Shown: positions 39,614 through 56,442 of the stretch, piece after piece | Layout of the letters: the number at the start of each line of letters is the position of its first letter | How positions within the stretch are numbered: position 1 is the first letter of the stretch | Translations under genes and position numbers: made by a program | Assembly: GCA_964016885.1 (NCBI GenBank) | Contig: OZ024742.1 | Span: 42,966,001-43,030,000, forward strand | From: Eledone cirrhosa | Lineage: Eukaryota | Length of the DNA: 64,000 nt | Direction of reading: 5' to 3' | The notes under the pieces: generated by a model | What the model was told of the DNA's origin: nothing | The model's input: only the letters and a program-made list of their open reading frames with translations | Databases searched by the model: none

Positions 39614-41575
39614 TTAAGTTAGCCATGTCAGCTCATTTCTCTCAGCCCGGTTGTTAAGTGGGGGTCTGAGGTTCTTAATAACAAGTGCTTCCTTTATCCT
39701 TAAGGATCCGATGCTGCGTTCAGTCGCTAGGACTGTGACCAAGGGTCTACCCTGTGGGTTTCCGCATTTAAGGATGTGTTTAAGGAAGGAAGATGCGTTG
39801 GTGTTGATATGTTCCTTGATACGAACATGTAGGGGTCGGATGGTGCTACCTATGTAAAACTTGTTACATTTATCGCATTGAATCTTATATACGACATAGG
39901 TGCGTAGGCAATCTGCCCCCCGTATCGGGCAGTTGCTGAGGGAACACGTCCCATCTGACTCGTCGGGTTTGTTGGAGAGGCATCTTCGCAGCGAAGGTCC
40001 TGTGTGGGCCAAATGTATGTCAAGTCCCTCCGTCCGTATGGCCCTTCGGATGGCGTTCGTGGTATATTCACTCAGGTGGGAGATTTTAAAGAAGCACCTG
40101 CTTTTATTTGAGTTTCTAGTGGGTGTCTGTCTATTGGGTCTGGGGTCTCTAATTCCGTTAATCAGTCGCTTGGGATATCCATTAAACCTGAGTAGATTAC
40201 GGAATTGCGTGGTATGGGTGAGACCACCCATCGGGTCGCTGCATCTGTTAGTGATACGTGTCAGTTCATTTAGGACATAGCCTCTCTTAGCGTTGTTGGG
40301 GAGGGCTGAGTTGTAATGCACAAATAAGTCCTTGCACGCTGCTTTGCGGTAGAAGGTGGTGTTTATGTCTCCTTCTTCCGAGATGTTGATACGGAAGTCG
40401 AGGAGGGCGAGTGACCCGTCTTCTCCTGGGTGTTCGATGGTGAAATCGACGTGATGGTCAGTATCGTTGAAGATTTGGTGAATTTCATTCGCCATCTCCC
40501 GGGAAGAAGTAAGTATCAGGATGTCATCAACGTATCTGGAGTAGAAGGCGACGGCGTTGGGTTGGCAGGTATTGAGTGCCTTGCGTTCCAGGTGGTCCAT
40601 GTACGAGATCGCAAGTATGCCGGACAGACTAGAGCCCATAGGTAGCCCAGAGATTTGTTTGTACGTGTGGCCGAGGAAATTGAAGAGTGCATTATCCACA
40701 ACGAAGGAGAGGAGTTGGTGGATGTCCGTGTGTGTGAGTCCGAAGCAGTGTAAGTTAGATGCTCGGACTCGTTCGGCCAACAGGTCGACGGCTGGGGATG
40801 CTGGTACGGAGGTATAAAGGGCGACCACATCAAGACTGAAGGCATAGCCGTTGTCCTTTCTGGTGCTGGGCGCCAGATGGTGTAGTCGCTCCAAGACATC
40901 CTTTGAGCTGCAGACGTGGGCTGGTAGTGTGTGTAGAATGGGTTTCAGTAGTGTGGAGAGCAGCCACGATATTTTGTAGAGTGGGCCCTCCACGCTAGAG
41001 ACAATGGGCCTGATTTTCAAATCGGGTCCTTGTTTATGTGTTTTAACCAGGTGGTAGAAGGTGGGTAGTTTGCTGTTTCGAGTCATTATGTTGTTTTTTA
41101 CCTTCTTTGGCAGTTTTCGTTGGACACAGATGTTAGTCCATATGGTGTTAATGCCTTCCTCGATTAGAGTCGAGGAGGTCCCTGTGACTTTCGAGTAGAG
41201 GCTGTGGTTGTTAAGATGTTGGAGAGCCAAGTTGTTGTAGGTCTCTCTCGAGATGACACAGAATTCTTTCCCCTTGTCAGAGGGAAGGTACACAAGGTTC
41301 CTGGATCTTAAGTTGGTGAGAGTGTTGAATTGTGCATTGGTGAGGTTGCGTTTATTGTGTGTGTGTGTGTGTGTGTGTTGGGAAAGGATGTTAGAGATAG
41401 AATGTTTCAACCTGAGTAGTTTAGTGTCAAGTTCGTGGTTGGGGGGTGGGGGGTGGAGTGGGTTGTCGAGGTGGTACGTGGGGAGTGTGGGGTGGGTTGT
41501 GGGGTTGTAATCGATCTCGGTGTTGTTTTGGATGGCGGTTAGCCATTTCAGTTGATATGCTGTCCGACAGAAGTT
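39614..41575 (-). CDS. PLE RT + GIY-YIG, 5'-truncated
   Basis: PSDKG, FYHLVKTHK, SLDVVALY, GLPMGS, RYVDD, VVYKIQC..FYIGST, LNNRAE. Confidence 0.93.
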   Translation of the reverse strand, partial: NFCRTAYQLKWLTAIQNNTEIDYNPTTHPTLPTYHLDNPLHPPPPNHELDTKLLRLKHSISNILSQHTHTHTHNKRNLTNAQFNTLTNLRSRNLVYLPSDKGKEFCVISRETYNNLALQHLNNHSLYSKVTGTSSTLIEEGINTIWTNICVQRKLPKKVKNNIMTRNSKLPTFYHLVKTHKQGPDLKIRPIVSSVEGPLYKISWLLSTLLKPILHTLPAHVCSSKDVLERLHHLAPSTRKDNGYAFSLDVVALYTSVPASPAVDLLAERVRASNLHCFGLTHTDIHQLLSFVVDNALFNFLGHTYKQISGLPMGSSLSGILAISYMDHLERKALNTCQPNAVAFYSRYVDDILILTSSREMANEIHQIFNDTDHHVDFTIEHPGEDGSLALLDFRINISEEGDINTTFYRKAACKDLFVHYNSALPNNAKRGYVLNELTRITNRCSDPMGGLTHTTQFRNLLRFNGYPKRLINGIRDPRPNRQTPTRNSNKSRCFFKISHLSEYTTNAIRRAIRTEGLDIHLAHTGPSLRRCLSNKPDESDGTCSLSNCPIRGADCLRTYVVYKIQCDKCNKFYIGSTIRPLHVRIKEHINTNASSFLKHILKCGNPQGRPLVTVLATERSIGSLRIKEALVIKNLRPPLNNRAERNELTWLT

Positions 41576-44123
41576 GCCAAACTCGGTTGCCAAATTACAT
41601 TCTTAAAACGCTGCCTAAAGAACAACATCATTCCAACCACCATCAGGAATATACATCTACCCGAATGTTTACGATCACCATCCTTCGAAAACACCATCCG
41701 CCACATTCAACGCACGTTTATCAAGAAAATACTACGACACAACCACCACCAACTGCGACTCCATATACAAACGCTTTCCGAGCACTTAGATCGTATAGCT
41801 CCAACCCTCACCCCTAACCACCAGGTCCAGGAAATACGCAAAGCTATCGATCATTGTTACCACACCAGAGTCAAATATGATAAACAGCGCCTTATACGGA
41901 AATACGAATGGACTGTAAACAAATACTACAATGACAACATCCGCTCCCACAGACGGACCGACTACAACCACACCAGGGGCAACAGCTATACAACACCCTC
42001 CGCTACACCCCCAACATCGATCTACCTACCAACGATGCTTCACACCTCGTTACTGACCTAACCGGTACCCTCACCAACGACGAACTCGAACTTCTGCGCC
42101 TCGGACCCAAGTTCATCATTACACAGCGTCTCGATGATAGACTGAAATTCGACATCGAAACAAACTTCTGTCGGACAGCATATCAACTGAAATGGCTAAC
42201 CGCCATCCAAAACAACACCGAGATCGATTACAACCCCACAACCCACCCCACACTCCCCACGTACCACCTCGACAACCCACTCCACCCCCACCCACCAACC
42301 ACGAACTTGACACTAAACTACTCAGGTTGAAACATTCTATCTCTAACATCCTTTCCCAACACACACACACACACACACACAATAAACGCAACCTCACCAA
42401 TGCACAATTCAACACTCTCACCAACTTAAGATCCAGGAACCTTGTGTACCTTCCCTCTGACAAGGGGAAAGAATTCTGTGTCATCTCGAGAGAGACCTAC
42501 AACAACTTGGCTCTCCAACATCTTAACAACCACAGCCTCTACTCGAAAGTCACAGGGACCTCCTCGACTCTAATCGAGGAAGGCATTAACACCATATGGA
42601 CTAACATCTGTGTCCAACGAAAACTGCCAAAGAAGGTAAAAAACAACATAATGACTCGAAACAGCAAACTACCCACCTTCTACCACCTGGTTAAAACACA
42701 TAAACAAGGACCCGATTTGAAAATCAGGCCCATTGTCTCTAGCGTGGAGGGCCCACTCTACAAAATATCGTGGCTGCTCTCCACACTACTGAAACCCATT
42801 CTACACACACTACCAGCCCACGTCTGCAGCCCAAAGGATGTCTTGGAGCGACTACACCATCTGGCGCCCAGCACCAGAAAGGACAACGGTTATGCCTTCA
42901 GTCTTGATGTGGTCGCCCTTTATACCTCCGTACCAGCATCCCCAGCCGTCGACCTGTTGACCGAACGAGTCCGAGCATCTAACTTACACTGCTTCGGACT
43001 CACACACACGGACATCCACCAACTCCTCTCCTTCGTTGTGGATAATGCACTCTTCAATTTCCTCGGCCACACGTACAAACAAATCTCTGGGCTACCTATG
43101 GGCTCTAGTCTGTCCGGCATACTTGCGATCTCGTACATGGACCACCTGGAACGCAAGGCACTCAATACCTGCCAACCCAACGCCGTCGCCTTCTACTCCA
43201 GATACGTTGATGACATCCTGATACTTACTTCTTCCCGGGAGATGGCGAATGAAATTCACCAAATCTTCAACGATACTGACCAGCACATCGATTTCACCAT
43301 CGAACACCCAGGAGAAGACGGGTCACTCGCCCTCCTCGACTTCCGTATCAACATCTCGGAAGAAGGAGACATAAACACCACCTTCTACCGCAAAGCAGCG
43401 TGCAAGGACTTATTTGTGCATTACAACTCAGCCCTCCCCAACAACGCTAAGAGAGGCTATGTCCTAAATGAACTGACACGTATCACTAACAGATGCAGCA
43501 ACCCGATGGGTGGTCTCACCCATACCACGCAATTCCGTAATCTACTCAGGTCTAATGGATATCCCAAGCGACTGATTAACGGAATTAGAGACCCCAGACC
43601 CAATAGACAGACACCCACTAGAAACTCAAATAAAAGCAGGTGCTTCTTTAAAATCTCCCACCTGAGTGAATATACCACGAACGCCATCCGAAGGGCCATA
43701 CGGACGGAGGGACTTGACATACATTTGGCCCACACAGGACCTTCGCTGCGAAGATGCCTCTCCAACAAACCCGACGAGTCAGATGGGGCGTGTTCCCTCA
43801 GCAACTGCCCGATACGGGGGGCAGATTGCCTACGCACCTATGTCGTATATAAGATTCAATGCGATAAATGTAACAAGTTTTACATAGGTAGCACCATCCG
43901 ACCCCTACATGTTCGTATCAAGGAACATATCAACACCAACGCATCTTCCTTCCTTAAACACATCCTTAAATGCGGAAACCCACAGGGTAGACCCTTGGTC
44001 ACAGTCCTAGCGACTGAACGCAGCATCGGATCCTTAAGGATAAAGGAAGCACTTGTTATTAAGAACCTCAGACCCCCACTTAACAACCGGGCTGAGAGAA
44101 ATGAGCTGACAAGGCTAACTTAA
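41570..44123 (+). pseudogene. PLE ORF including N-terminal domain, with frameshifts between about 42030 and 42290
   Basis: FLKRCLKNNIIP N-terminal motif in ORF 41552-42061; RT-EN in ORF 42192-44123, nearly identical to the left arm. Confidence 0.9.
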
Positions 44124-44899
44124 CCATAGTGACCCTTCACAGCCCTTACGGCCTGCTATTTTCACACACACGCACGTATATGCATACCCATACGCATACA
44201 CACACACATCTATATTTATACACGCACACATGTTTTTACAACCTACCACCTTTCACACCCTTTGATTTCCAGCTTCTACAGCCCACTATCTTTCACACAC
44301 ACACGCACTCAAACATACACACACACAGTTACACACACATGTATACCCATACGCTTACACACACACATGTTTATACACGCACACATGTTTTACTACCTAC
44401 CACCTTTCACACCCTTTGATTTCCAGCTTCTACACCCCACTATCTTTCACACACACACACACTCACACATATACACACTTACACATATACACACACAGTT
44501 ACACACACATATATATTTACACACACATATTTTACGGCTTTCACACGCTAGCGCACCCTCTTGATTTAACCCATTTGGTCAGTAGCTTTTGCCACAGCCT
44601 ATCACGCGCACGCGCATTCTTTCCCTCATTTAAATTTTAAATAATTTTTCTCCCCATAACGGCATTCCTGTTTTAACGACATCACAACTTTTTCCGCTTA
44701 GCCTGTACCCCCCTTTGGAACTTTCCCCCGTTGATGGGCGTGAGCCCGAAATAATGGGATTAAATCTCCACTACGCTAACCTTCTACCTTTGTTTTGTTT
44801 TCATCTTTGTCTCTCTCTATTTTCACTTTCTCCTATTTCTCTTATCTATCATTCACTTCCTACCTCGAGATTTCCCTCTGCTTTCTAAACTACGTATCT

Positions 44900-44931
<32 letters not shown>

Positions 44932-44932
44932 C

Positions 44933-44963
<31 letters not shown>

Positions 44964-44964
44964 C

Positions 44965-45043
<79 letters not shown>

Positions 45044-45064
45044 CTTATATATACATATATATAC

Positions 45065-45151
<87 letters not shown>

Positions 45152-45162
45152 CATATATATAC

Positions 45163-45193
<31 letters not shown>

Positions 45194-45200
45194 CATATAT

Positions 45201-45476
45201 ATAACTTTGAATAACTTTGAATAACTTTGAAATGTTTTGGCCAGTGTTGGCCCAGGCCATGTCTAACTTAATAGCACCACCTGGCGAAGTCTTTCAATTC
45301 AGGATTTGGGCACCATGGCCCATTCGAGAAGTGAATTACTGTTTGCGGAGACATATCCGGGTGTGGGTGGTTTGTCCGGGATTACTTGGAGGAATTTGTC
45401 CAAAGACTTCTTGAATTTCGTGTGGTCAGTTTCTGTTTTGACGTGTCCTGGTGTGATGTTGAAGAGAGCGGGGCCG

Positions 45477-45480
<4 letters not shown>
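45201..45480 (-). pseudogene. CR1-group LINE 3' end, a second family
   Basis: [31 protein letters not shown]; (TTCAAAGTTA)3 tail. Confidence 0.75.
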
Positions 45481-45515
<35 letters not shown>

Positions 45516-45518
45516 TAC

Positions 45519-45585
<67 letters not shown>

Positions 45586-45612
45586 CATATATATATATAC
45601 ATATATATATAC

Positions 45613-45729
<117 letters not shown>

Positions 45730-45730
45730 C

Positions 45731-45783
<53 letters not shown>

Positions 45784-45789
45784 CATATA

Positions 45790-48262
45790 TTCCTCAACTT
45801 CGCGGTGGAATTTATCGTGACGATGGACTCTTTAGTATCCTAAATTGCAATATAGTTAACCTTATTATTATTAAGAACAATATACGTAATCTCTTTAACC
45901 AACATAACCTAAAAATTGAATTTGATAATAGTATCAAACTAGCTAATTTCTTGGATGTATCTCTTAATCTTGACACTGGCCTATATTACCCTTACCATAA
46001 AAACAATGAGAACCTTAATTATGTTAACTTTAAATCTAACCATCCTACCAATATCAAGAATGCTATAGTTAATAATATTGGAAATAGAATATCTAACATA
46101 TCTTCTAATAAAAACATCTTTGATGCTAACGCCAATTACTATAATAACGCACTTTCTAAAGCCGGCTATCCAGATAAAATCAAATATAATAAAGAAACAA
46201 ATTCTAGAAAAACTTACAGTAGAATAATTAATCATGACCATTCCAATAATTTTAATAAAAGACCTAGATACAAAAACATAATCTGGTATAATGCTCCTTT
46301 CTCCATCTCTATTAATAACAATATTCCTAAATTATTTTTTAGTGCCTTAAATAAATGCTTCCCTCCCTCACATATCTATAGTAAAATATTTAACAAACAC
46401 ACCATCAAATTTTCGTATTCTACATCCTCCAATATTTCCAACATCATCTCTAAACACAACAATAAAATACTAAATACTAAATCCCTTCCTTCCAATATTG
46501 AATTTCATAATAACAGTAATAGTACTCCCGACGTCATTGTAAACCCTAGGCTAACTTCTGTAAACCCAAATACAACGTCAAACACAACTTCGCTAAATGT
46601 TCATAATCCAACTCTAAATCAAGAAACTATTATTCCTATTATTCCTATCGCAAACAACTTCTCCAATCCAATTCCTTCTATAGATAACACTAGATCACTC
46701 ATTAATAATCTCTCTAATTGCAACTGCCGCATTAAAAATAAATGTCCTCTCAACAACCATTGTCTCGATAAAAAACTTAATTTATGAATGTAAAATTATA
46801 ACTAGCACCAATTCCTTCACCTATTTTGGCTCCACTTCCACCTCTTTTAAAGCTCGTCTCTATAATCATCATTCATCTTTCAAATACAAACTTAAAAGAA
46901 CTAACACTGCTCTCCCAGAACTCATATGGTCCTTAAAAGACAAAAACATTAAATATACCATCTTTTGGAAGAAGATTTCTTCTGCATCCTCATACTTGAA
47001 CAGCTCTCTATCTAAAATCTGTAATCTCTGCCTAAATGAAAAATTTACCATTATCTCTAACCTAGATTCTATAATAAATAGACGCACAGATTTGTTTTCT
47101 ATCTGCCTGCATAAATTCCATAGAACTTTTCACAAAGTATACAGTTAATATTCAATTCTTTATCAATTTAGAATCTTTTCTCAAAGGCACATATACATAC
47201 ACCTCTTTAAAATATACCCATCTACCTTACTTTAAAGGGCATTATACACTCTATAATACTTGTTTACTCATTACCCTCATTCTATCTTATCCTTGTAAAA
47301 TCATAACATTTGTTTTGACGTTAGAATATTCATCCGCAATCATTATTATTTTTTCTCTCTATCATAAATCTTTTTAATCTCAATTTCATCCTTAATTTAT
47401 TATTATTTTTTTCTCCCCATCAACGAACTCATTATTAATACATATTAACTCTTTATTCGCATATATTATCAATTCAATCAATATACAAACTTTAACTTCA
47501 CATTATTTTTCTCAAATCCTTCTACACACAAACCTTAATAATTTTTCTCTTCGTTAATTTTGAAATTGCCACAATACATACATTTCTTTTTTGACGTTAG
47601 AATATTCATCCACAATTATTATTTTTTTCTCTCTATCTTCTTACATAATTTCCCTTCGTTAATTTTCAAATTCCTTTAATTTATACATTATCTTCCAACG
47701 GTTCCCAACCTCTCTATGTTAAAACAATATATCTTTTTCTCAGTTATAAAAACTATCTCTTTCTCTCTATCACCCATCTCTCCCTCTCCACCTTCACTCT
47801 CATCTCCTCCCCCTTTTTTTCATCCTTTCCACCCCCCCTCCCTAAATAAAATATTTTTTCCTCGCACATATCCTCCCTTCGTTAATTTTCAAAATTTTTA
47901 ATTTATACAGTATCTTCCAACGGTTTTCAACCTCTCTATGTAAAATATATATCTCCTCTCAGTTATAAAAACTATCTCTTTCTCTCTATCACCCATCTCT
48001 CCCTCTCATCTCCTTCCCTTTTCATCCTTCCCCCCCCCCTCTCTAAATAAAATATTTTTCCCAATATCACACATCAATCTAAAACCACTTTTCATATGTT
48101 GATTTAAAACTGCACTATCCACAAGTGTTTTTTAGCCTTCATATCATGTTCTCCTGTTTTATCTGATGAAAACACAAATATTATTGCATGATGATGTTTG
48201 TTTTTGAAATGCGCATAATAAAATATATGGAACTTCTTTAACCATCTTTTGATCTTATATTA
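45790..48262 (+). mobile_element. YRDD-type (Hydra-like) PLE, 5'-truncated, frameshift near 46775; HHR at 48155-48225
   Basis: [48 protein letters not shown]; stop at about 47148. Confidence 0.88.
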
Positions 48263-49928
<1,666 letters not shown>

Positions 49929-50019
49929 TTTCGTTTTTGAATTTGTTTAGCAAGATTCTTTATCTGAAATCGTGTGTTGAAACCGATATTGTTATACATG
50001 ACCCTCCCAAAGTATAATA

Positions 50020-50020
<1 letters not shown>
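49929..50020. mobile_element. Minimal (about 90 bp) inverted insert of PLE family 2
   Basis: 49929-49997 matches 8055-8122; 49997-50020 matches 12244-12267. Confidence 0.85.
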
Positions 50021-50068
<48 letters not shown>

Positions 50069-50087
50069 TATATACATATATATATAC

Positions 50088-50118
<31 letters not shown>

Positions 50119-50126
50119 CAAATATA

Positions 50127-50648
<522 letters not shown>

Positions 50649-50675
50649 TATACATATATATATATATATATATAT

Positions 50676-51381
50676 ACATGTAAAGTTATATTTAAAATTG
50701 TTGGGTTACAACTAGTAAATATTTATAACTGATATAAAAGCACTCGACAAATACTTGGAGTATATTTACAATATTAAATAAATGGAAAACTATATTTATA
50801 AAACCATATCTATTTCATTATATATATTTATAAAACCATATCTATTTCATTATATATATTTCGGGGATATCATATTAACAATATGCTATGCCTTCATCAG
50901 ACAAAATACAATATAAACAGTTTTATAGATAAATATATTCGACATACCGTAATAAACATCAACTTCATTTGAAGAGGTTCACTCTAGAGTGAACCTCTTC
51001 AAATGAAGTTGATGTTTATTACGGTATGTCGAATATATTTATCTATAAAACTGTTTATATTGTATTTTGTCTGATGAAGGCATAGCATATTGTTAATATG
51101 ATATCCCCGAAATATATATAATGAAATAGATATGGTTTTATAAATATATTCGACATACCGTAATAAACATCAACTTCATTTGAAGAGGTTCACTCTAGAG
51201 TGAACCTCTTCAAATGAAGTTGATGTTTATTACGGTATGTCGAATATATTTATCTATAAAACTGTTTATATTGTATTTTGTCTGATGAAGGCATAGCATA
51301 TTGTTAATATGATATCCCCGAAATATATATAATGAAATAGATATGGTTTTATAAATATAGTTTTCCATTTATTTAATATTG
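50676..51381. mobile_element. Family H1 double-hairpin insert; HHRs at 51063-51128 and 51274-51339 (+) and about 50843-50908 (-)
   Basis: Two identical palindrome centres (CTCT|AGAG) at 50985/6 and 51196/7. Confidence 0.8.
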
Positions 51382-51382
51382 T

Positions 51383-51525
<143 letters not shown>

Positions 51526-51536
51526 CATATATATAC

Positions 51537-51591
<55 letters not shown>

Positions 51592-51592
51592 C

Positions 51593-51623
<31 letters not shown>

Positions 51624-51624
51624 C

Positions 51625-51795
<171 letters not shown>

Positions 51796-51796
51796 C

Positions 51797-51839
<43 letters not shown>

Positions 51840-51840
<1 letters not shown>

Positions 51841-52023
51841 TTAATATAGAAGAGATTCTACAGGACTAGAACTGTTTCATTCATTAGAAATCATCATTAT
51901 GATTTCTAATGAATGAAACAGTTCTAGTCCTGTAGAATCTCTTCTATATTAAAACTGTTATACTCTGCTATGTGTTGAGTACCTTACTTACTGTGGTTAC
52001 CTCCGATTCAACCCGGAATAACG
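51840..52023 (+). mobile_element. Short hairpin insert truncated inside an HHR core
   Basis: About 55-bp arms centred near 51897; (T)GATGA-TTTC taat GAAT-GAAA-CAG-TT; 70-nt tail. Confidence 0.7.
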
Positions 52024-52036
52024 TATATATATATAC

Positions 52037-52083
<47 letters not shown>

Positions 52084-52097
52084 TATACATACATATA

Positions 52098-54711
52098 CTC
52101 TTTTACTCTTTTACCTGTTTCAGCCATCCGGCTGAGGCCATGCTGGGGCACCGCCCATGTTGCTACACATTTTATCTCCAGCCTGTATAGGTTGGCCACT
52201 GGTGTAGGAGGGAGTTTGTTGCTGCTGCCCTTAGGTTTCCCTCGTGTCTTGCTGTGGGCTCATCCGGGATCCTGGATAACAAGGTGTCGAGATGTTTCTT
52301 AAAGACATCCACCTCCACGTCATGCAAGTCTCGCAGATGCCTCGGCAGCCTGTTGAAGAGTTGAGGGCCCTTGAATCCCAGGCTATTGCAATACCTGCTC
52401 CTTATTCTAGATGTGGAAGACGGGACCTTTGGCACCACACAGTGACGTCCTGTTCGACGGTTGGTCCAGCTCCCAATGCCAAAGTTTGGTGCTAGTCCCT
52501 CCAGGATTTTCCACATGTAGATCACTGCGTATCTCTCCCGTCTTCGCTCCAAGGAGTAGAGGTTCAGTTCCTTTAGCCTCTCCCAGTAGCTTGTCTCCCT
52601 CATCTTGGCAATCCTCTTGGTGTAGCTTCGCTGGATTGCCTCAAGCTCCGTGGTTAGTTTGACACTATGGGGTGACCACAGCTGGGAGCAGTAGTCCAGG
52701 CGGCTTAGGACAAAAGTCCTCCACAGTGTCAACATGGTGTCTCGATCTCTTGTAAGGAAAGTCCTCAAGATCCAGCCAGCGAATCGTCTACATGTTCTCG
52801 CCACCTTCATGATGTGTGAAGAAAAAGATGCATCATCGCTCATGTCTATGCCCAGGTCTCGTATCGATTTTGACACGGGGATATCGGTCCCTCCTGGTCC
52901 TGTGTAGCTGTGTTCCGCTATATTTGTGTTTGTGTTTGCAGGTTTGTATTGTAGGGCTTGGAATTTTGCCAGCATTAAACTGCATGTTGTTTTCTTCCGC
53001 CCATCTGTATATGGCATCCAGATCCTGCTGTAAAAGGGCAGCGTCAGCCGGGTTTTTGATTGCCTATACTACCTTAGTGTCATCAGCATAGCTAGTGAGG
53101 GATGTTGTTGCATGCACCACAGAGGGCATGTCCGAGAGAGCCACCAAAAACAGTAGTGGTCCCAGGACTGTCCCCTGGGGCACTCCACTTGTTATTGGTG
53201 TTTCCTTTGAGAGGGCCCCATTTGCTGCGACTGCCTGGCTTCTGTCCCTTAGGAAGCCATGCAGCCACTCACCTACTTTTCCAGTTATGCCGAGTCCGTG
53301 TAGTTTGTGACATATCATTCCGTGGTCGACCTTGTCAAAGGCCTTCGCAAAGTCAAGATATATCACGTCCACATGTGAGCTGTCTAGTAGTTGTCTCAGT
53401 ACCCAGTCGTAGTGATGTAGCAGCTGTGTAAGGCAGCTTCTTCCTGGCCGGAAGCCATGTTGTGTGCTAGTCAGGCGGTCATTTTCTTCGAGGAAAGTGA
53501 TTAGTTTCTTTCTGACGACTCGCTCCATGACCTTACTGATATGCGACGTCAGGGAGACTGGCCTATAGTTCTTGGCCTCCGCTCTACTACCTCCTTTATG
53601 GATAGGGCATATTGTACCTTCTTTCAGCTCCCTGGGTAGTACACCGCTAGCCAAGGAGCTTCTGAAGAGCATCTTCAGTGGAGTTGCTAAGGCCCGCTTA
53701 CATATTTTTAGGAGAACTGCTGGGAATCCATCAGGTCCAGCAGCCGAGTCTGTTCTAATTTCATCAATGGCGTACACTACATCCTCCTCCGTTATGTCTA
53801 TGTGGTTGATGGTTGCCATTTCTTGATGTAATGTTGTGGCATCAAAGAACTCCTCTGGCTTCGTTATTTGCATGTGCCTCAGTGGACATGTGAAGACACT
53901 TTTGTACTGTTCGTTCAGTATTTCACATATCTCTTGGGGATTTTCGGTTAATGAACCGTCCGTGTGGAAGAGTGGTCCAATCTTGCAGTGTACTGAGGCA
54001 GTTTCTTTTGCAAATTTAAAGAAGGCCTTAGGGTTTGTTTTAATGTTTTCTATGGCCCTGTTCTCTTTCTTTGCCCTCTCATTCTCATGTGAAAGTTTGA
54101 GTGCAATCTCGGTGTCAAGTAGTGCACGTTTCAAATGGGATTCCTTCTTGTTTTTGTTTTGTTGACTATTCAACTGGTTTGAGAGTTTAGTTCTACGTCT
54201 CATAAGGATTTTCCTATCTCTGGGAATAAGACTTTTGTGTCTGTTTGCCTCTTTCTCCGGGACACACTTTTTGCATATGGTGTGTATCGTTGTCATGAAG
54301 TGTTGAAATTGTGTGTTAGTGTCTTGTGTGGCAGTGTTTTCACTCCATGTTTGCTTCCGGATTTCACTCTTAATCTTTTTCCAGTTAGCCTTGTAGAAGT
54401 TAAGGTTGGATAGCGTCCCGGAGCTTCTTGGTGGTTTTGTCTCTGTTGGTTCTCTTGGACCACATATCATTAGCTCTACTAAGTTATGATCCGAGAGAAT
54501 TGTTGGTGTCACCTTTACATTGTGGATGAGCACTTCGTTGTTTGTAAAACAGAGGTCCAGGACATTTTCGACTCTTGTTGGGAGGAGTATTGCTTGCTCC
54601 ATGAACAGCCTGTGTGTGAGGGCCAGCAGGGATTCCGTCTGTCTCTGTTCTATTGACGTCATTCCAGGGAGGAGGTGGCCCTCAGGCCATTTGACCTTTG
54701 GTAGGTTGAAG
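52098..54711 (-). mobile_element. CR1-group LINE, 5'-truncated; RT nearly intact (stop at 53064, frameshift near 52970)
   Basis: [53 protein letters not shown]. Confidence 0.95.
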
Positions 54712-54850
<139 letters not shown>

Positions 54851-54890
54851 GTATATATATATATATATAGATATATATACATATATATAT

Positions 54891-55777
54891 GTGTTGATGA
54901 GTAGAAAAGAGGACAAAACCCTGATTCCGTCAGGGAAATGGCCATGTTCGATATGCAGAAAAGGAACTGGCATAAATTCTATAAAATGCACACAATGTAG
55001 GTCCTGGGTACACAAGAGATGTAGCGGGATAGCAGGCAAACTAACAGGTAGGGAGAAATATGTATGCAGTAGATGTACAGGGAAATTAGACAGTAGAAGT
55101 CGCACTGATAGACACATTTTTCAAATGCGAGAGGGCGCTATAGAAGTGGTGGATAGCTTCCGGTACCTAGGAGATCAGATTAGCATGGGAGGAGGGTGTT
55201 CCGAGGCCATAGTATCTAGAATAAGGACGGGTTGGAAGAAGTTTAGGGAGCTGCTTCCTCTGTTGACGAAGAAGGGTTTCTCCCTGCGTACGAAAGGCCG
55301 GTTGTATGATGCCTGTGTGAGGAGCGCGATGCTGCATGGTAGTGAGACATGGGCAGCTACCGTAGAAGATATGCGACGGCTGGAGAGAAATGAGGCAAGC
55401 ATGCTCCGTTGGATGTGCAGTGTAAATGTGCGTGAACGACCCAGCATAAATGTGTTGAGAGAGAAACTGTGTCTGAGAAGGATAGAATGTAGTGTACGGG
55501 AGAGGAGACTGAGGTGGTATGGACATGTGATGCGCATGGAGGATGACCGATGGGTGAAGAAGTGCCAGGAAATGCCAGTTGAAGGAAGACGTGGTAGAGG
55601 TAGACCACGAAAAACATGGGCGGAGGTGGTGAGAACAGACCTCAGATCATTGAAGCTCACGGTGGAGATGACGAGGGAGCGTGACGAGTGGAGAGATGCT
55701 GTGCTGAATAAGACCCGTCCCACCCTTGCAAGCAGGGAAAAGCGGACGTAAAATGATGATGATGATGATGATGATGA

Positions 55778-55779
<2 letters not shown>
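54891..55779 (+). mobile_element. RTE-clade LINE 3' part with PHD-like finger and (GAT)n tail
   Basis: CSIC..CTQC..HKRC..CSRC; [31 protein letters not shown]; stop at 55751. Confidence 0.9.
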
Positions 55780-55871
<92 letters not shown>

Positions 55872-55955
55872 GTATATATATATATATATATATATACATA
55901 TATATACAGATATATATATATATATACATATATATACATATATATATATATATAC

Positions 55956-56010
<55 letters not shown>

Positions 56011-56031
56011 CATATATATACATATATATAC

Positions 56032-56132
<101 letters not shown>

Positions 56133-56149
56133 CATATATATATATATAC

Positions 56150-56200
<51 letters not shown>

Positions 56201-56201
56201 C

Positions 56202-56247
<46 letters not shown>

Positions 56248-56257
56248 GTACATATAC

Positions 56258-56290
<33 letters not shown>

Positions 56291-56341
56291 CATATATATA
56301 TATACATATATATATACATATATATATACATATATATATAC

Positions 56342-56435
<94 letters not shown>

Positions 56436-56442
56436 ATATATA

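Larger units (their letters stand above)
38791..44901. mobile_element. PLE family 3: inverted pair
   Basis: Left copy on minus 38791 to about 41575 with a 40-nt tail; right copy on plus about 41570-44901; about 2.7-kb inverted repeat. Confidence 0.93.
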
